Below, one piece after another: positions 1-12,987 of a DNA stretch of 64,000 nucleotides (within the stretch, counting starts at the first letter, position 1; every line of letters begins with the position of its first letter). Below the pieces are notes generated by a model. It had not been told where the DNA came from. It saw only the letters and a list, made by a program, of their open reading frames with translations, and ran no database searches. The stretch lies in the NCBI RefSeq assembly GCF_006345805.1, contig NC_042997.1, positions 151,218,001 through 151,282,000 on the forward strand, in the 5' to 3' direction. This DNA comes from Octopus sinensis. Lineage: Eukaryota. The translations under genes were made by a program, and so were the position numbers.

Positions 1-44
1 GTCTTATCATACAAATAGACAGACAGATAGGTAGCTAGGGAGGT

Positions 45-65
45 CGATAAATAGATAGATAGATG

Positions 66-157
<92 letters not shown>

Positions 158-185
158 CATACATACATACATACATACATACATA
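45..185. repeat. (GATA)n/(CATA)n microsatellite
   Basis: Direct reading of tandem tetranucleotide repeats. Confidence 0.97.
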
Positions 186-284
186 ATGGAATACAATCAA
201 AATACAGTTATCACCGTTCACATTCCGAAATACACATGACATACCGTTGGTTACGATGGTGAGGTTTACAAATGATCATGAAAA

Positions 285-535
285 TAAAACGCAACTGGCT
301 GAAGTTCCACAGACACGCCTACTCTAAGCATAACATAATTCTCAAGGAGATTCAGCGTCATACAGAATGTGACTAGATTGGTCCTTTGAAATACAGGTAC
401 TACTCATGTTTATACCCGCACTACTCATTGAAATACAGGTACTGCTCATTTTTGCCAACTGAGTAGACTGGAGCAACATGAAATGACGCGTCTTACTCTA
501 GGACACGACGCACCGTGAATTTTCGATTTCAGAAT
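285..535 (-). mobile_element. SINE fragment, second cephalopod-type family, with a small internal duplication
   Basis: gactggagcaacatgaaatgacgcgtcttactctaggacac is the reverse complement of a typical SINE core (gtgtccttgagcaagacac-like). ttgaaatacaggtact is duplicated at about 386 and 428. Confidence 0.55.
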
Positions 536-1741
536 TTTACGATTGTGAGTTATATACTGCCATAGTTGCACCTACTAGTGATATTAGAATCTGGATATCA
601 CGGAGGAACAGCATCTCTCATTAGCAAGAGTTCTGGAATGGTGTAACTTACCTTCAAAAAGTTTTATAGGACGTTTTTTTTTTCATGGTATGTAAGAGAT
701 ACCATTTAATTGGACGTGATGCGATAATCAGTCATGCCAAGCAATAAAGCGGGCTTTAAACATAGAGTGCTTTATATCCAGTAAGATACGATACCCCCAC
801 TCTACCTTAGGGCGGGCGTACCTTGATCAGATTTTGATACATGCTGGTTGGGCGAACGAAGAGGTCCAATGCAGTTATCTCTGTTCAGAGAAATTCACTG
901 TATTAAAACTTTTTAAGCGGATACCAAAGAAGTTAAATTTAATATACAAAACGGGTACTAATTATTGAATTCTATATACTAGGTGTTCAGACTAATTTTT
1001 TTTAGTTTCATGTGTCCTTATTTAGGAAAAGCTTTTTTGTATTTGTAAACAGTTAACATTATTGGGGAGGACAAAGATTAACGTCTTCTCCGATACTGTT
1101 GGTGGACAAATTTAGCAGACATGTTCGAATGGAAGCTACTTGAATATTAGAGATTTACATGTAGGCTTTTCGACTCAATTCTCTGTATTCTGCCATTTTG
1201 GCCAGATAAAATATAATTCGTTTTTCGGTATCTTCGTTTGGAAATATATTGATTTCTGACGAGGGCACAAGTTTCCATATTTGTGGGCACAAATTGTGAA
1301 TGTGTGCTCTGCTACTTCTATCGTAGGTTATTTCCACCACTTATTTTATGGAGGCATTTAAAAGCATGGCAATTAAACCCATTGCCAGAACCGTTGCGTA
1401 TTTTCCAAAAATCAGATGGATGAAAGAGAAATTTGTAAATTGTGCAAAGCAGTGTTACGATTTTATAACCTGTCGTCTAACAGACATAGGAAATATAATC
1501 TCTGTATACATACATACATACATTCATACATACATACATACACACAAACATGTATATGTATATATATATATAGTACTTTTGAACTATGAGCTAATATGTT
1601 TGCCTATGGCTTGATATTTCTATTAAAGATAATTTGCAGTAACTCTTTTATCATCACAAGTAAATAAAATACAAGGGCCACCACATACACTAACTACAGT
1701 AACATAGCTTTTGGTCAAAGCGATTTTATTTCCTTTACATC

Positions 1742-1780
<39 letters not shown>

Positions 1781-4150
1781 TCGATATTGTCGCCATCGTT
1801 ATTCACAGTCCTAACAATTTGCGGTAGTCTGTGTGCTTTATATGTGTGTGCACGAGTGGTTATGGAACGGAGCGCATTTTCTAAAAAGCTTATTTCTTGT
1901 TCCACGGCAAACATTGCATATTCTACCGTATCGATGGATTGAAGCAGTAAGTACCTAATTGCTCTAATAAAGTAAGTTTACAGCTTATAATACTTAATGA
2001 GATGAGTGAGAAAACGTCATCTATCCAAGACTATAAATACAGTCGGAAATGATAAATACTGAAGCAATGTTTAAATCTACGAATGAGAGAGAAGCAATAA
2101 CACCAAGTCCACAGCATTGGAAACGAGTTCACAACCACAGGAACTCTGTCAATTAACCGTGCTGGACAAGTAGTGATAAAGGGGAAAATTATGAACTTTG
2201 GTAGGCACAGTGAGACTTTTTTTCTGATTAAACCTCCTCAGTGGAATATAATATGTAGTTAGACGTCATGAAGGTATAGTGATATATAATGCAAATGTTT
2301 ATATACATCGAAGTACACATGTAGGCTTCGATGTTGGCAACAGTTTAACATTCAATTTACTTTGAATAAGTAAAGTACGATTCTTTGGTTGAAATACATT
2401 GAACTCTCATCTGCGATGTAAGCACATTCCTGCCAGTGCCGATATAAGAAGCCATCAAATGAGTTATCTGATTTCAAATATCTCCAATTCAAGTTTCACA
2501 TGATAAATGGTTTATAATTAACACGTAATCTTGAAGCTTTATAAATCACCTGCGCATATATTGATATTTATTAAGTCATACAGGTCTCTACTGAGATCTA
2601 CCACTATTCTATACAGTTATATTTATTTCCCTGCCTTGTGTTCTTCATTCTACTAATTTATGTCTGTATAGCTTTGTCAATTCTAAATTCAGTTATAATT
2701 CTTATTTAGTCATTTATGTTTTTCTGTATCACTTCGCCTTTTCTATTTATCTGTCCATACTTTTTGTCCAATGCGCCTACAATTTACTCTGTTTTTACCA
2801 TTTTCTTTTTATTCTAAACCATTTGCTCATCTCTATAGTTGTTTTTTTCTTTCTCTGTCATTCCATGTAACTTTTTCAATCCCTCATCCCGTGTTTTGCA
2901 TGTCTTTCCACCTCTTACTTCAACAAGTATAAGAAAATTCACTGCTTCAGAATTGTTGCTAATTTCTTTTCTCCCGTGTTAATTTCTTTTTGTCTTGGGA
3001 TTTTATAAATTATATTTCCCTCTTCTACGTTTCCTTTCTCTAATGTCTCTCCCACTTTCTTCTCTAATTTATCTTCCTATTTTTCTGTTCGTTTTAATTT
3101 TCATTGTAACTGTTCCTCGAGAACAATGGTATTCTTAATGCTTGCTTTCATTTCTCAATTTTAGCTTGCATATATATTTGTTTGTTATGCTTTGGTAAAT
3201 TACAAAATTATCTCCAAAATTATTACAATTTTTGTTTCACCATTTTTTCCTGACTTCACTTCTTTCTTATCCATTTCTCTCCTAGCATAAAATTTTAATC
3301 ATTTCTGAAATCTTACATTTATCTGTAGCGTAATAATCATCAGTTTTATCATGCTTATTTCTCATGGCTTTCTATAACTGCAACTTGATTGATTAATTCC
3401 AAAGCAAAACTGGATGTTGTTCTAAACTGATGATTTGTTTTTCTATCTCTTTTATTATGCCATTGAAATGATCCTTCCTACTATATATCTCATGACTGTC
3501 ACGAAGAAGCCAAAGTTCATCTATTGAATCGAGTTGAAAGACGGTTAAGCTTCAGATGAGGCTACGGCAAAATAAATATTTCTAATAATCAAATAGATTT
3601 AACAACAAATCTTCAATTCAAATGTGTCACGCAAAATCCTTAGTACCGAGTTTATTTCACCCCCTTTTTCCCCCCTGTATATGTTTTGTCTCATTCCTAA
3701 TCCATTGAGAGATTTTGCTGAGGATTCGTGTCCCAGTATATGCAAAGACTATAAACAGGATATTTCGTTTTTGTATTTGGTTTGCAAGATTCTTGATATG
3801 AACTCGTGAGATGAAAAATAATTTTTGTATCTTGTATCTCGGGAGTGTCATTAAAACAATAATAATCACACGCACGGGTTCAATTTTTCTTTGTTATTCA
3901 TCAACTGGCTGGCTATTTAACTAATTAATAGATTGATTAGTGAATCGTTTTATCAATCAGTTAGATGTTAGGTAAAATCATCTGATTATTTAACTGAATG
4001 ATCAATCGATTAATTAGTTAAAAGGCTAATCAATTAACGAATAATGAAAATAGTATTTGAACCCGTGTGCGTGTGTATTATTGGTATAAGGACCCTCCTG
4101 AGATACAATAAAAACTATAAAAAGCCTCAATGATGAATTGCTACATGTTT

Positions 4151-4454
4151 TCATGTTTTCGCGTTTCTTTTCTTGTACAAATCTGCTTTCTCATCTGCAC
4201 ACTCATAGGATCTCTTCAATATACCACCGGAAGAAAACTCGGAGGGTGAGGATAGTGGTAAATACGTTGGAATGAATCGCTTCCTATAAGTTGATTCATT
4301 CACTTCTTTCACTAAGCTCGATGCAGTTTTTCGAGCATGAACAATATCTCTGAATAAGATGAATTCCGATAAGACAAAATGCGAACGATTTGCTATTTGA
4401 AAACTACTATTATTTGTTATTGAGATGCAACGTGTCATTTTGTCCAGAAGGACC
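4151..4454 (-). CDS. Candidate terminal coding exon of an unidentified host gene (VLLDKMTRCIS...KKRNAKT*)
   Basis: Non-repetitive 101-codon frame (phase 1) directly after an acceptor-like ttagtgccctttcag and ending in TGA. Composition is protein-like. No homologue recognised. Confidence 0.4.
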
Positions 4455-5329
4455 CTGAAAGGGCACTAACAATTAGAGTCATTCGAAGCGCGATGTAATC
4501 CCGTCTTTCTTTCATGATCATTGCATCTTGGATACATATGTCGTCTCTTATATTTTATTTTAAAGGTGATACGGTGGTGTTATGGTGGCTGCAATTTCCA
4601 TTATGTGAAAAACGACGGAGAAACATTTGCACTAGTATTTACTTCTTTGAATGTTATTCCTTAATTTTTTATATTTTAATTTAGAGATGCCGAGTGCACA
4701 GAATACTGAATAACCAGGCAATAGATCAGTCGCTTGTACATTTTACCTACAGTGTGTTGAATGGTGTGATGGTAAATTTAATGTTTAATGGTAGATTTCT
4801 TCATTTAAAACTGAAGAGTTTTCCGTTTTCTTGAACTAAGTTACGATAAGGATATCTATTGTAACTCCATTTGAAACTAAAGCATGGCAACAAACTCTTC
4901 AATGGTATTCCAACTATCCTATAATGTGATGGAGATCTATGACTACCACTACCGACAATTTCTTGTTTCGAATTAATGTATTTGTTTTGCAAATATAATC
5001 TACGTGCAGGTGGTCGACATTGTCTTCAGCTTGTAACTTAATTATACAAAGTAATCAGTCATATGGACTGGCGGTGGTATGTCTAGTGAGTTAACCATTA
5101 TAACAGTTTATTACATAGGCAAGCAGCCAGGAATGTACATTGAAACTGGCATATTAATTTGAATATGTGACAGTGAAAAATAAGTACTATTTAAGTTTTT
5201 CTATAACCAAAATATCATTAACATTTTCAGAAGTTATAATAGACTACAGGAAATTTTGATTTTGGGGACAAGCTAAAAGTAATAAATTTAAGTTGCGACA
5301 GACATGTGGCAATTTTCTATCGCAAGCTT

Positions 5330-5870
5330 AACGGTGAACAGGTGTGGTCGCCGTTTGTTTAACGCTCTTTTCCACAGCTCATTTCCTATACGGAGCTACA
5401 GTCTTGGATCACGCGTAGACTGAGGCAGGGCGCTTGGCCCCTAGAGTGTCTCCAAGCGCTCACAGCGCATTGCTAACTTTTGGGGCTTTGTCGAAGAGAT
5501 ATTGTCAGGTGTAGGACAGATCTGGCTATCGTCCGAGTCCGTCGTGAAGATCATCCCGCCTCCTTATTTAGCAGGGACGGAAGGGTGCTTTTCTCTGTTT
5601 GGTGGCTATGGCAAAATTGGTTGTGTGGTGAACGCGATTGAAAGGGTTGAAGACGACTACTTTCCTCTTTTGCCGAGGCCTCATTGACTTTTTCAGGAAG
5701 GTGAAGCTGGAGAGGGAGGTACTATCACCAAGTAAGTTCGGTGAAAGGTGGGTAGCAAGAGTGGCCCGCGCCTGTATGCCGGATGGAAGTTAGAAGAGAC
5801 GGGGCCTTCTTGAGGAATCTTTGGTGGTAAAGGATCCAAAGTGCGTGATGTTACTTTGGTCATCTTACAG
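5330..5870 (+). mobile_element. L1/Tx1-type LINE 3' ORF2 fragment (frameshifted)
   Basis: Frames give ...PPP/ FLCLVAMAKLVVW*TRLKGLKT..LIDFF /RKVKLEREVLSPSKFGERWV, the C-terminal signature of Tx1-like ORF2. GC-richer than the flanks. Confidence 0.65.
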
Positions 5871-6022
5871 TGGAACTCCTCCTATTAGGGAAATATATTG
5901 TTGATTTAAGCACTGTTAATCGGTGTTTGCTGTTTACACGTTCAATCTCACTGTGTATCGTCCTCTATGGTTTGTGTCCAGGCCCTGGTGGTCAATAAAT
6001 AACGTGTTATTATTTTTATTAC

Positions 6023-6067
<45 letters not shown>

Positions 6068-6701
6068 CTTAGTCTCGAATGAGAGAGAGTGAGGAAGAGG
6101 AGAGAGGGGGAGTGAGATAGTTGTTGTCATCGGTGGTGGTGGCGGGATGGGAGGAGGTAGTGGTGGTGTTGGTGGTGGTTGAGACGGTCATGGATGAGAC
6201 GGTGGTGCTTGAGATGGTGATGGTGGTGGTGGTGGTGGTGATGGAGTTGGTGGTGGTGAGTGGTTAGTGAAAAAATGTTCATATCACCTATCATTTAACG
6301 CATGCGAATCAGTGTAATTTCTTGAAATATTCACGCTTATTTGCGTGGCTGATATATGCAATTTAACTAAAGGTTGTATCATATGTACGGTTATTTTTCT
6401 ATGGTTTATGGGGGAAATGAAAAAATTAGAGCGAGCATCTGTTTTATGAGTGCTGTGTATTAACTTTACAAAATTGTGCATAAAATATATAAGTACATAT
6501 ATATATATATAAAGTGCATTAAGTATACATCGTATTCCAATTTCTTTCTCTTTTCAAGGAGTAGCTTATGAGCGACTATCTTTCCATACAGTCAGCATAG
6601 GCTACCTTTCAGGTTTTGGGGATAAGGTTTTCAGAAATGATCCAATAGGTTTACTATTATTTCCATTAAATATTCACGGGTCCCGCTGGTTGTTGCTATT
6701 A

Positions 6702-6915
6702 AGGCGGAGAGCTGCCAGAATCGTTTGCACACCGGGCGGAATAATTTGCGTTATTTCGCGTGAATTCGTGTTCTGAGTTAAAATTACACCGAGGTCGACT
6801 TTGCCTTTCATCATTTCAGGGTTGATAAAATAGGTGTCAGGGAATCACCGGCGTCGATGTAATTGACTAATCGTCTCCTCTCAAATTTCAGGACATGTGG
6901 CTACAATAGAAAATA
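6702..6915 (+). mobile_element. tRNA-derived SINE (main family), diverged
   Basis: ggcggagagctg head, ttctgagttaaaatt B-box region, gaggtcgactttgcctttcatc core. Confidence 0.85.
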
Positions 6916-6957
6916 TTATTATTATTATTAATATTATTATTATTATTATTATTGGGG

Positions 6958-7426
6958 TTTTTTCTTCTTTCAAATTTGCTTCCATTTCTTGCCGAGTGTC
7001 TTCCCGACTCCTAGGGCAAAGAAACTCATAGTATACATTGGTAGGCCATTAAACCAAACTCAATAGTTCGTTCATTGTTTTTTCAAATTTTTTTTTTAAA
7101 GTTAAATTAAAATACATGAGCAGCAACAGTTCTCACATCGACAATGCTCTTCTCAATACGTGTGATGTACCAGTTAAGACAATCTTTTGCACTTCTTGCA
7201 GGGATGGTAAGCCAGGGATCATTCTCATATAATTTTCGGTTCCCTTCTTGATCATTCCTAGTGCTCCTACGATCACTGGTATTGTAACCGCCTTGAGATG
7301 CCACATTTTCTCAATTTCAATGAGTAGGTCTTTATATTTTCTGAGCTTGTCAAACTCTTTCGCTGAGATATTATGATCACAAGGGATGCTCATGTCGATC
7401 AATAAGCAAACTTTATTGTTTTGTTC

Positions 7427-7428
<2 letters not shown>
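6958..7428 (-). mobile_element. R4/Dong-type non-LTR retrotransposon, 5'-truncated (RLE C-terminus plus 3' UTR), flanked by (TAA)n
   Basis: ORF 7133-7402 (IDMSIPCDHNISAKEFDKLRKYKDLLIEIEKMW...IPVIVGALG...LQEVQKIVLTGTSHVLRRALSM) is a restriction-like endonuclease domain. Near-identical to 39885-40335. (ATT)n on both sides. Confidence 0.9.
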
Positions 7429-7467
<39 letters not shown>

Positions 7468-7472
7468 TATTA

Positions 7473-7511
<39 letters not shown>

Positions 7512-7531
7512 TATTATTATTATCATCATCA

Positions 7532-7577
<46 letters not shown>

Positions 7578-7665
7578 CATTATTATTATTATTATTATTA
7601 TTATATTAATAATGATAATAATAATAATAATAATAATATTCTTGTTGTTGTTGTTGTTATTATTA
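7429..7665. repeat. (ATT)n/(CAT)n/(AAT)n compound microsatellite
   Basis: Direct reading. Confidence 0.95.
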
Positions 7666-8459
7666 GTGTCATTAATACTAAGACGACGATTACTGACGAG
7701 GGCAACTTTGACTTCATCTTCGTGGAACTGAGGAAATAACTACCATTTGAGCACTGGAGACGATGTAATTGACATTCCCCTCCCCTCAAATTGCTGGTGT
7801 TCTGCTACAGTTTTAACCAACTAATATTCTTATTGCTTTCTAACATCTACTCCAAGCGCCAATGTTTACTTAATTGGGCATAATTAGCTATTTTTACCAT
7901 AGATTAAGTTTCCTAGAAATCTCTACTCGTATTTGTTCGAGCTGATTTCATCATGGATCAACATGTCCCGTCTGTTCGTATATGTTTATGTTCAAGAAAA
8001 GACTAAATCTATGATTTAGTACCAATACCCTCCTAGCTATATTTTTTTGATGTGAGCCGGCTGCCACTGGTCTAGACAGCTGTAGATGAGCATACTTCAA
8101 ATCAATTGTTGACGTCCCCGATGGATGAACAAGGAGAGGATCTCCTATGACCATAACGGCTGATGTGAGGAAAGAGGGCAATGCCTGATAGCACGGCTAA
8201 GAAAGCACAGCTGAATTAATAGCCTGGGGTCACAGCAATTTCTTTCAGCTTCGTCGACAGATCCTGCAGATCATATTTCAGATCTCCCACAACTGATGTC
8301 TTCCAAACTACAGTGCGCAGGTCACATTCTGTTAATCCGACAACCACCTAAATCAAAATTCCTTCATCAATATTTCTTCACTGTTCTTTTCAATTCGAAC
8401 TACAACGAAGAAAAGAATGCTCGGATACGAGATGCTGAAAACGATATGTATGTGTGTCT

Positions 8460-8614
8460 TCGTGTGTGCGTGTCTGTGTGTTTGTCTCTGTGTGTGTGTG
8501 TGTGTGTGTGCGTGATGTGCAAATATTTAAAAGGATAGAGAATATGCTAGATAGATAAATGAATAGATAGAGATCATATATATATATATATATATATATA
8601 TCAATCGATCGATC

Positions 8615-8676
<62 letters not shown>

Positions 8677-8710
8677 AAGATAGATAGATAGATAACATAG
8701 ATAGATAGCC
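8460..8710. repeat. (GT)n, (AT)n and (GATA)n microsatellites
   Basis: Direct reading. Confidence 0.95.
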
Positions 8711-11700
8711 AGTGTGACAGACAAAATTGGATATGAATGTCATTCTTGTATCTGTCCGCAGTTCCGCACTTTGTATATAATGATAAATCTAAGTTAACTC
8801 ACTCACAAATGTCAATTACAGTTTATTTATCTAGATACAGACATAAATCGAATAGTATTATTTTGCTTTATCAATAGAAGCAATTGTTATTATTCTCTTG
8901 GCATTCGAGTGAGCTTGCATTAAGTATATTTCAGTTATTATTATAAAATTTATAGTACAAGAATAAAATTTAAAGAAAAGATAGATATGGTTATTGCATT
9001 TTTTAAATTTTTGTTTTTTGCATATGTTAGCATCATTTCAGACCCGAATATGCATACTTATGATCAAACAATTTCCATCTATGGCTACACTGTCTTTAGT
9101 AAATGTAGTTCTACACTATAAATCTTGTCAAACATTTTCAATGTAGTTATTAATAAAGCGTAGCTGCTGTGTCTAACAGATTGTGTGACCATGAGGAGGA
9201 TCCCACATTACAATTATCGATTGTTTGGCAGGATCAATAGACCGCCAGACCAAATATTTTTCGGTGCTTTGCTTCGTGCTTTCGCGTTCTTCGTACCACT
9301 CCCACCAAATTCCATGCTAACATTTTCATCTTCCACAAGTCGATAAAATAATCACTGATCCGAGTGCTCCGGTCGATTACTTCACTTTACTATACAACTA
9401 CTGATTTCTGTTTATATTAGGAATCCTTAGAGTTTCGAACAGAACCCCCTCGGGTATTTAGTTAACGCTGAATTGGAAACCAGTTGTGGATTGCATTGAT
9501 TTTCTTTCCTCTGTGTTCAATAAAATATATTACTCGTCAAGGATTGGGGTCGATTTAATCGGTTAACCCCATCCCCTAGAAATTGCTAGACTCAAGTTTA
9601 CATTGGAAGCTATTATCCATAACAATGATAAAGCGTGGGAATGTCGGAATCGTCGGAGCGCCGGATCAAAAATATTGTTATTTATACTGGTTGTTTACCT
9701 TCTGAGTTCAAATAGCACAGTTCAACCATCTGGGAAGTCAATAGGGTGAAGCAACAGTCAAGTATTGGGATCGATATAGGTGGCCATCCCACCATTCCTT
9801 ACGCGCCCTGCTCCCCGGTAGTTCGGAGGGTTATACTACCAGACAGTTTGTCGGATCTGCCTGCTGTAGTTGAACCTAACACGACGATGTGGAAGATAGG
9901 TTTAGAGAGGGCGTGAGCCAAAACTACGCGTCCCCCCCCCCATTTGTCAGTTGAAGCTTAAATAGTGTCAGTTGAAAGCTAGTAAGTGCTGGCTATTGGT
10001 TAATAGTTAAAGATAAATTTGGCAGGATGGTCAGTCGCTGACATTCGTTGACGCTGCATCGAAGAAACCAAAGAACAAAGCGAAAGAAAGAACGCTCTCT
10101 ACATCAGAGCTGAAAACACCTCTGAAAGAAGGGGCGTGACATCGAAAACGGTAGAGGAGTAGGGGTCGAAACCATCCTCCTGGTGATGTCTTTAGCCACT
10201 GGATGCCATAAAGGAGCTGTTGAGGTAGCGAACCACGAAACCTGGTTGGAATTCCTCCTCCAAAGTTGCGTCTATATAAGAAATTATTATTAATTGTAAC
10301 AGTGTTAGCAGCAACGGTAGTAGTATTAGCAATATCTGTCGAAGCAGGTCACCAATTATTTAAGGTTATTCAATATAATCACCACTTTACAGGCTGAAAC
10401 TTGCATGCATGTTCTATTGCTCAAGCGAACCGATAACTCTTCGTTTGTGTTATCAATATATTAACTCTTAAGGGTATGCAGAATCCCCGTGTGTGCATCT
10501 GTGTATGTGTGAGAGAGATGAGGTGCTAGTAGGGAAGAGAAACAGATGAAATGATAAAAAGTTTAGTTGGAGATAAATGAGAAAGAGAAAGATAATGAAA
10601 AATAGAAATCGAACGACAGGATGAGGGAGAAAGGAAAAGTTAGAACTGAGTGTATGTCACATGGCGGTATTGGCAATTAGTTGCAGAACTGTACGAGGGA
10701 AATAAAGATAAATAGTGACAGAAGTGTATATATGTGAAAGAGAGAGAGAGAGAGAGAGAGAGATAAGCAAATGAGACAGACAAAATGTTGTGGGCGATAT
10801 AGAAAAGAATCGAGTAATACGAGTGAATAACATGCAAGTGATAAAAAGATATTCAAAGAGTTCAAGAGAAAAAAAGGAGAGACGGAAGGAGGCAGAAATT
10901 GATAAAATGAGACTTTTAACATACATCACTTTGATATGGGTGTTTAGTATTGATGTTTGTCTGAAGTATGTGCCAGTGTGCACGTTTTTGTTGTGAGGTC
11001 GGTGAATGCCTGCCAGAGAGAGACAACAGTTGAATAAAGGTCATACGAATGTCTAGACATGTTGCTGGGCATGGTAAGATGTAATGAAAGGCGTTCTATA
11101 CGTGACCTCCATATAGTTTTTAACTTCAGCAGCCACTCGCCCTATTACAACATTCGTATGTTCCAGATGTGACACTCTCGTCTCTTAAAACTTATGATTA
11201 CATTGTTCAATTTTCTTTTTATCGTTTGTAATTAGAATAGAGGCACTGGTGAAGCAGGTTTAAGATTGAAGGCTTTCAACTCATGATTTATCAGCTTTTA
11301 CGTCAGGTACACCTTATCGAAGACTATATAAAACTATAGTCAACATATTTTCTTTTGTAAGATGGCAGGAAGTAATACAAGGGAAATTTCTCTCTTTCTC
11401 GCTTTCTCTCCCCCCCTCTCTCTCTCTTTCTAGCAGGCTAAATGAATATATAGATAATAACCTCCCTCTTTAGTTCGTTGTAGTCATCTTAACTGGAGGG
11501 TATGTTTGAACGGTTATTTCATTGCGAATTACTACAGGTTATATGGTCACATAAACTGCACAGTTCTTTGCTCGTAAGCACGACAGTAAAGATAGTAAGG
11601 AAGAAAAGAGAGGGTACAAAATTGCTGGGGATACGGTTGCAAGTAAAATTCCGACTTGCAGATTTAATGAGTTTTATAAGAGTAGAGATAATCATCAAAC

Positions 11701-12477
11701 TAGAGGGGTGATCTGAAGTGGTCGTGTGACAGGGTCACAATCAATGACAAATAGATTAATAGATATTGGGGTAAAGATGAAGAAAAAAATAACAGGGAGA
11801 AAAGAATAGAGGATCGCACACGAAAGGTCTGTGTGTGTGTGAGTGTGTGTGTATATATGTATGTATGTATGTATGTGAGTGTGTGCGCTCGCGTGGGAAG
11901 GTGCTTAGTGTGTGTGTTTATGTGTGCGTGTCTACATGCGTTTAGGGAAAAAGAGTGAGAGAAAATAGATTGAAACAAAAGAGAGAGCGAGAGAGAAAAA
12001 GAGAGATTAAATATAAGTAAAAGTGTGCGTGCGTGTGTGTGTATGTGTGTGTGCGTGTGCGTTTGTGTGTGTGTATGTGTATGCATGAATGTTAGGATGT
12101 GGGGAAAGAAAAAATGTGACAGAGAGAAGGGAGAAAAAGCAAGGGAATAAAGATAGACATTTCAGCCAGTGAGTTACATCTTAGAGTTGAATACCGAATA
12201 ATAAAATTAACTCAGGTTACATTTAAGCTAGACCTTTTAGAAATGGCTGCGTAATGCCCATTAAATCACAGTGTGCTGCCTTAAAAATGAAAATTATTCG
12301 GTCTACTTTCTAAAAGTAGCGGAGAAATACTCTTCAAATCAACGCTGGATAAGAACTAACCTAGAGACAAACAGCAACAAAATTTTTTTTAAATATATCT
12401 CCCAAAAGGACTCCTCGATATGATGATGAGTAAGAGAGATGGTGGCGGCTAAGTATATGTGAGTGTATACGTGTGTG

Positions 12478-12532
<55 letters not shown>

Positions 12533-12987
12533 GCGCGCGCGTGTGTGTATGTGTGTGTGTTTGTATAACATCGTCATCACATCAGTAGCACTATAAAGAC
12601 AACAGCAGTCAGACAACTATACTGAACGTCAACACTGCTGTCACTTGTAGAAACACAACCGCCAACAAATTCTAACAACAAATTCTAACACCAGACAAAT
12701 TCTCTTGCTTTTAAATAAAGGACATAGTACAAATTAATATCTGCTTTTGAAGCTGTTTTATTGGCAGTGGATATTCACGTGGTTAGTCTTAGAAGTTTTT
12801 GTAAGTTTCCCGCTACATTCGTGCCTATTGTCATGTGACAATAGGTTTGGCGTCGTGAATTAAGCTGACACGTTTGAGTGAATATGTATATAGACAAGGC
12901 TCTCTAAATTGAACTATCAAGTTGTAGAGTGAACAACCGTTGTTTGCATGTAGTCCCGTGGATGAATGATTATGATTTGTAGGTATA

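Noticed and set aside
1150-1470. Possible Tc1/mariner remnant (21-bp match aaatatattgatttctgacga to ~32533; MEAFKSM... frame)
   Set aside because: Too short and diverged to assign, with no ordered motif series.
2370-2490. Minus-strand frame WRYLKSDNSFDGFLYRHWQECAYIADE
   Set aside because: It looks protein-like but is short, with a weak acceptor and no clear donor.
7900-8400. GC-richer unique block with several short frames
   Set aside because: All frames are interrupted by stops and no domain or splice pair is convincing.
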